From Candidatus Desulfolinea nitratireducens (GTDB lineage Bacteria > Chloroflexota > Anaerolineae > Anaerolineales > Villigracilaceae): 64,000 nucleotides of DNA. Every line of letters starts with the position of its first letter. Within the stretch, counting starts at the first letter, position 1. Positions 62,250 to 64,000 of the stretch are shown piece by piece. The translations under genes and the position numbers were made by a program. The DNA lies in NCBI GenBank assembly GCA_014382535.1, contig JACNJN010000077.1:516-64515 (forward strand), written 5' to 3'. The notes under the pieces were generated by a model that worked only from the letters and a program-made list of their open reading frames with translations, did no database searches and was not told the DNA's origin.

Positions 62250-63359
62250 ATGAAAAACTATAAACGTATCATCATCAAAATTGGGACGAGTGTTCTCACC
62301 AGCGGCAGCCCAAAATTAGACCGCCCCAAAATGATCAATATTGTCAGCGAATGCGCAGAGTTGCATCGCAAGGGCATTGAGATAATCATTGTTAGCTCTG
62401 GTGCAGTTGCGGTTGGCAAAGAACGGCTGGGATTTCCTGAACTCCCTGCTACTATGGCAAGTAAGCAGTTATTCGCTGCTGTTGGCCAGAGTCGCCTAAT
62501 GCAGGTGTGGGAGCAACTCTTCGAAATATATGATATTCAGGTTGGGCAGATTTTGCTGACCCGATCCGATATAGAAGGACGATCTCGTTATCTCCATGCG
62601 CGAGATACCATGGACGCCTTGCTGGGGCAGAGGGTTATTCCCATAATCAATGAGAATGACGCAGTCGCCACTGAGGAGATCAAACTGGGTGATAATGATA
62701 ATCTCTCTGCAATGGTGACTATGCTGGCAGATGCAGACCTTCTTGTTATGTTAACTGACCAGCCAGGTTTATTCACCTCTGATCCGCGAAAAAATCCAGA
62801 TGCCAAACTGATCGCCGAAGTTAGCAATATAGATGAAATTGCGGATGTTGAGATCAGTCCAAGCCACACAGGGTTGGGGACCGGCGGCATGATCACAAAA
62901 TTAAAAGCCGCGGACTACGCTCGTCGCGCCGGTGCGGATGTTGTTATCGCAGCGGGAGGCGCGCCAAAAATCATCACGCGCATTTTTCGGGAAGAATCGG
63001 TTGGGACACGTTTCCGCGCACTATCCACACCGCTCGAGAGTCGAAAACGCTGGATATTGACCCGCTCTTCTCCGGGAAAGCTGATCATTGATAAGGGCGC
63101 GGCTCAGGCACTCATTCAAAATGGACGGAGCTTGCTGCCTGCCGGTATTCTGAGTGTAGAAGGGGATTTCCGGCGTGGAGAAACGATATCCATCCTTACT
63201 ATTGACGGTGAAGAATTAGCACGTGGTATTGCCAGATATGGGAGCGACGACCTCGATCATATTAAAGGGAAACGTTCAGAGCAGATCACGGAAATTTTAG
63301 GATATTTTTATGGTGCTGTTGCCGTTCATCGCAACGATTTAATTTTATTGAGTGAATAA
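62250..63359 (+). CDS. proB: Glutamate 5-kinase (with PUA domain)
   Basis: 369 aa. [10 protein letters not shown] and VSSGAVAVG. The C-terminus is a PUA-like region. Confidence 0.92.
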   Translation: MKNYKRIIIKIGTSVLTSGSPKLDRPKMINIVSECAELHRKGIEIIIVSSGAVAVGKERLGFPELPATMASKQLFAAVGQSRLMQVWEQLFEIYDIQVGQILLTRSDIEGRSRYLHARDTMDALLGQRVIPIINENDAVATEEIKLGDNDNLSAMVTMLADADLLVMLTDQPGLFTSDPRKNPDAKLIAEVSNIDEIADVEISPSHTGLGTGGMITKLKAADYARRAGADVVIAAGGAPKIITRIFREESVGTRFRALSTPLESRKRWILTRSSPGKLIIDKGAAQALIQNGRSLLPAGILSVEGDFRRGETISILTIDGEELARGIARYGSDDLDHIKGKRSEQITEILGYFYGAVAVHRNDLILLSE

Positions 63360-63375
63360 TAGTAAAGGAAAGAAT

Positions 63376-64000
63376 ATGGCAAATCTAATAGAAATGGGTA
63401 AAAATGCAAAAGCTGCTAGTCGCGTATTGGCAACAATGAAAACTGAGCAGAAAAATGCTGTCTTACACCTGATTGCTGATGAAATAGAAGCGCAAGCAGA
63501 TTTTGTATTGGCTCAAAATGAAAAAGATATTGCTGACGGGAAAGCTGCTGGTTTGAGCCCGGCCATATTGGATAGGTTGCTTCTTACAAAAAAACGCGTC
63601 GGTGCGCTCGCTGATGATACACGCGGCGTTGCGGAACTATCTGACCCGGTCGGATCTGTTATCGAAGCGCGTGTTCTTCCGAATGGTCTCCGTTTGAGCA
63701 AACGCCGCATCCCAATTGGGGTTTTGGGTGTCATCTACGAGGCAAGACCTAACGTGACCATTGATATTGCCGCGCTCAGCTTGAAAACAGGGAATGCTGC
63801 TATTTTGCGAGGTGGCAAAGAAACCTTGCGGAGCAATTTGGCCCTCGTAAAAATAATCCAAACCGCGTTGGAAAAAGCGGGCTTGCCCCCGTCAATAGTT
63901 CAAATTATTGATGATCCAGATCGCGCGCTAGTGCCACAATTTTTAAAATTGGATCAATATATAGATATGATTATTCCCCGTGGTGGGGCAGGATTGCACC
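63376..64000 (+). CDS. proA: Gamma-glutamyl phosphate reductase, 3' end outside the window
   Basis: Open frame from the ATG at 63376 (RBS AAAGGAAAG): [18 protein letters not shown]...[37 protein letters not shown]. Not in the ORF track because no stop is reached. Confidence 0.88.
   Translation, partial: MANLIEMGKNAKAASRVLATMKTEQKNAVLHLIADEIEAQADFVLAQNEKDIADGKAAGLSPAILDRLLLTKKRVGALADDTRGVAELSDPVGSVIEARVLPNGLRLSKRRIPIGVLGVIYEARPNVTIDIAALSLKTGNAAILRGGKETLRSNLALVKIIQTALEKAGLPPSIVQIIDDPDRALVPQFLKLDQYIDMIIPRGGAGLH

Overview
A 64-kb chromosomal window from a repeat-rich, moderately GC bacterium. Gene content, widespread leaderless-type starts and the families of short palindromic repeats suggest Chloroflexota/Anaerolineae-like, but that is inference only. 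Most of the window is housekeeping. It holds an ABC exporter (5' partial), a GlcD/GlcF-type FAD/Fe-S oxidoreductase and a MoaD-like carrier with tungsten-type aldehyde:ferredoxin oxidoreductase. It also holds recJ, an OmpR/HK two-component pair, two paralogous tryptophanase/tyrosine-phenol-lyase genes flanking an AsnC regulator, and a complex I cluster of membrane subunits only (nuoA-H-J-K-L-M-M-N). An Fo-only ATP synthase cluster with a b-delta fusion follows directly. The remainder is murE, pnp-rpsO, proS, a RelE/HigB-like toxin-antitoxin pair, a DHH-CBS-CCA nucleotidyltransferase, and proB with proA (3' partial). Two accessory-looking parts stand out. First, a cluster of three secreted or lipoprotein-type surface proteins (7.0-12.6 kb) that share shuffled modules and a 194-bp identical tract. 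Second, a visibly AT-rich 7.7-kb block (14.2-21.9 kb) made only of three tandem paralogs of a polytopic-membrane/spermidine-synthase-like fusion protein. Two of these paralogs share a 2,053-bp perfect direct repeat. Other notable points:
- A consensus sigma70 promoter wrapped in three copies of a 15-bp palindrome lies upstream of an OFA-type MFS transporter.
- Several genes have a -10 box 6-10 nt from the start codon with no Shine-Dalgarno sequence, which suggests leaderless mRNAs.
- At least seven families of short palindromic dispersed repeats are present, and some are inserted in frame into coding sequences.
- A small membrane ORF carries an in-frame TGA.
No rRNA, tRNA, CRISPR array, transposase or integrase was recognised. 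All coordinates and identities were read by eye from the sequence and the ORF track; nothing was computed or searched.
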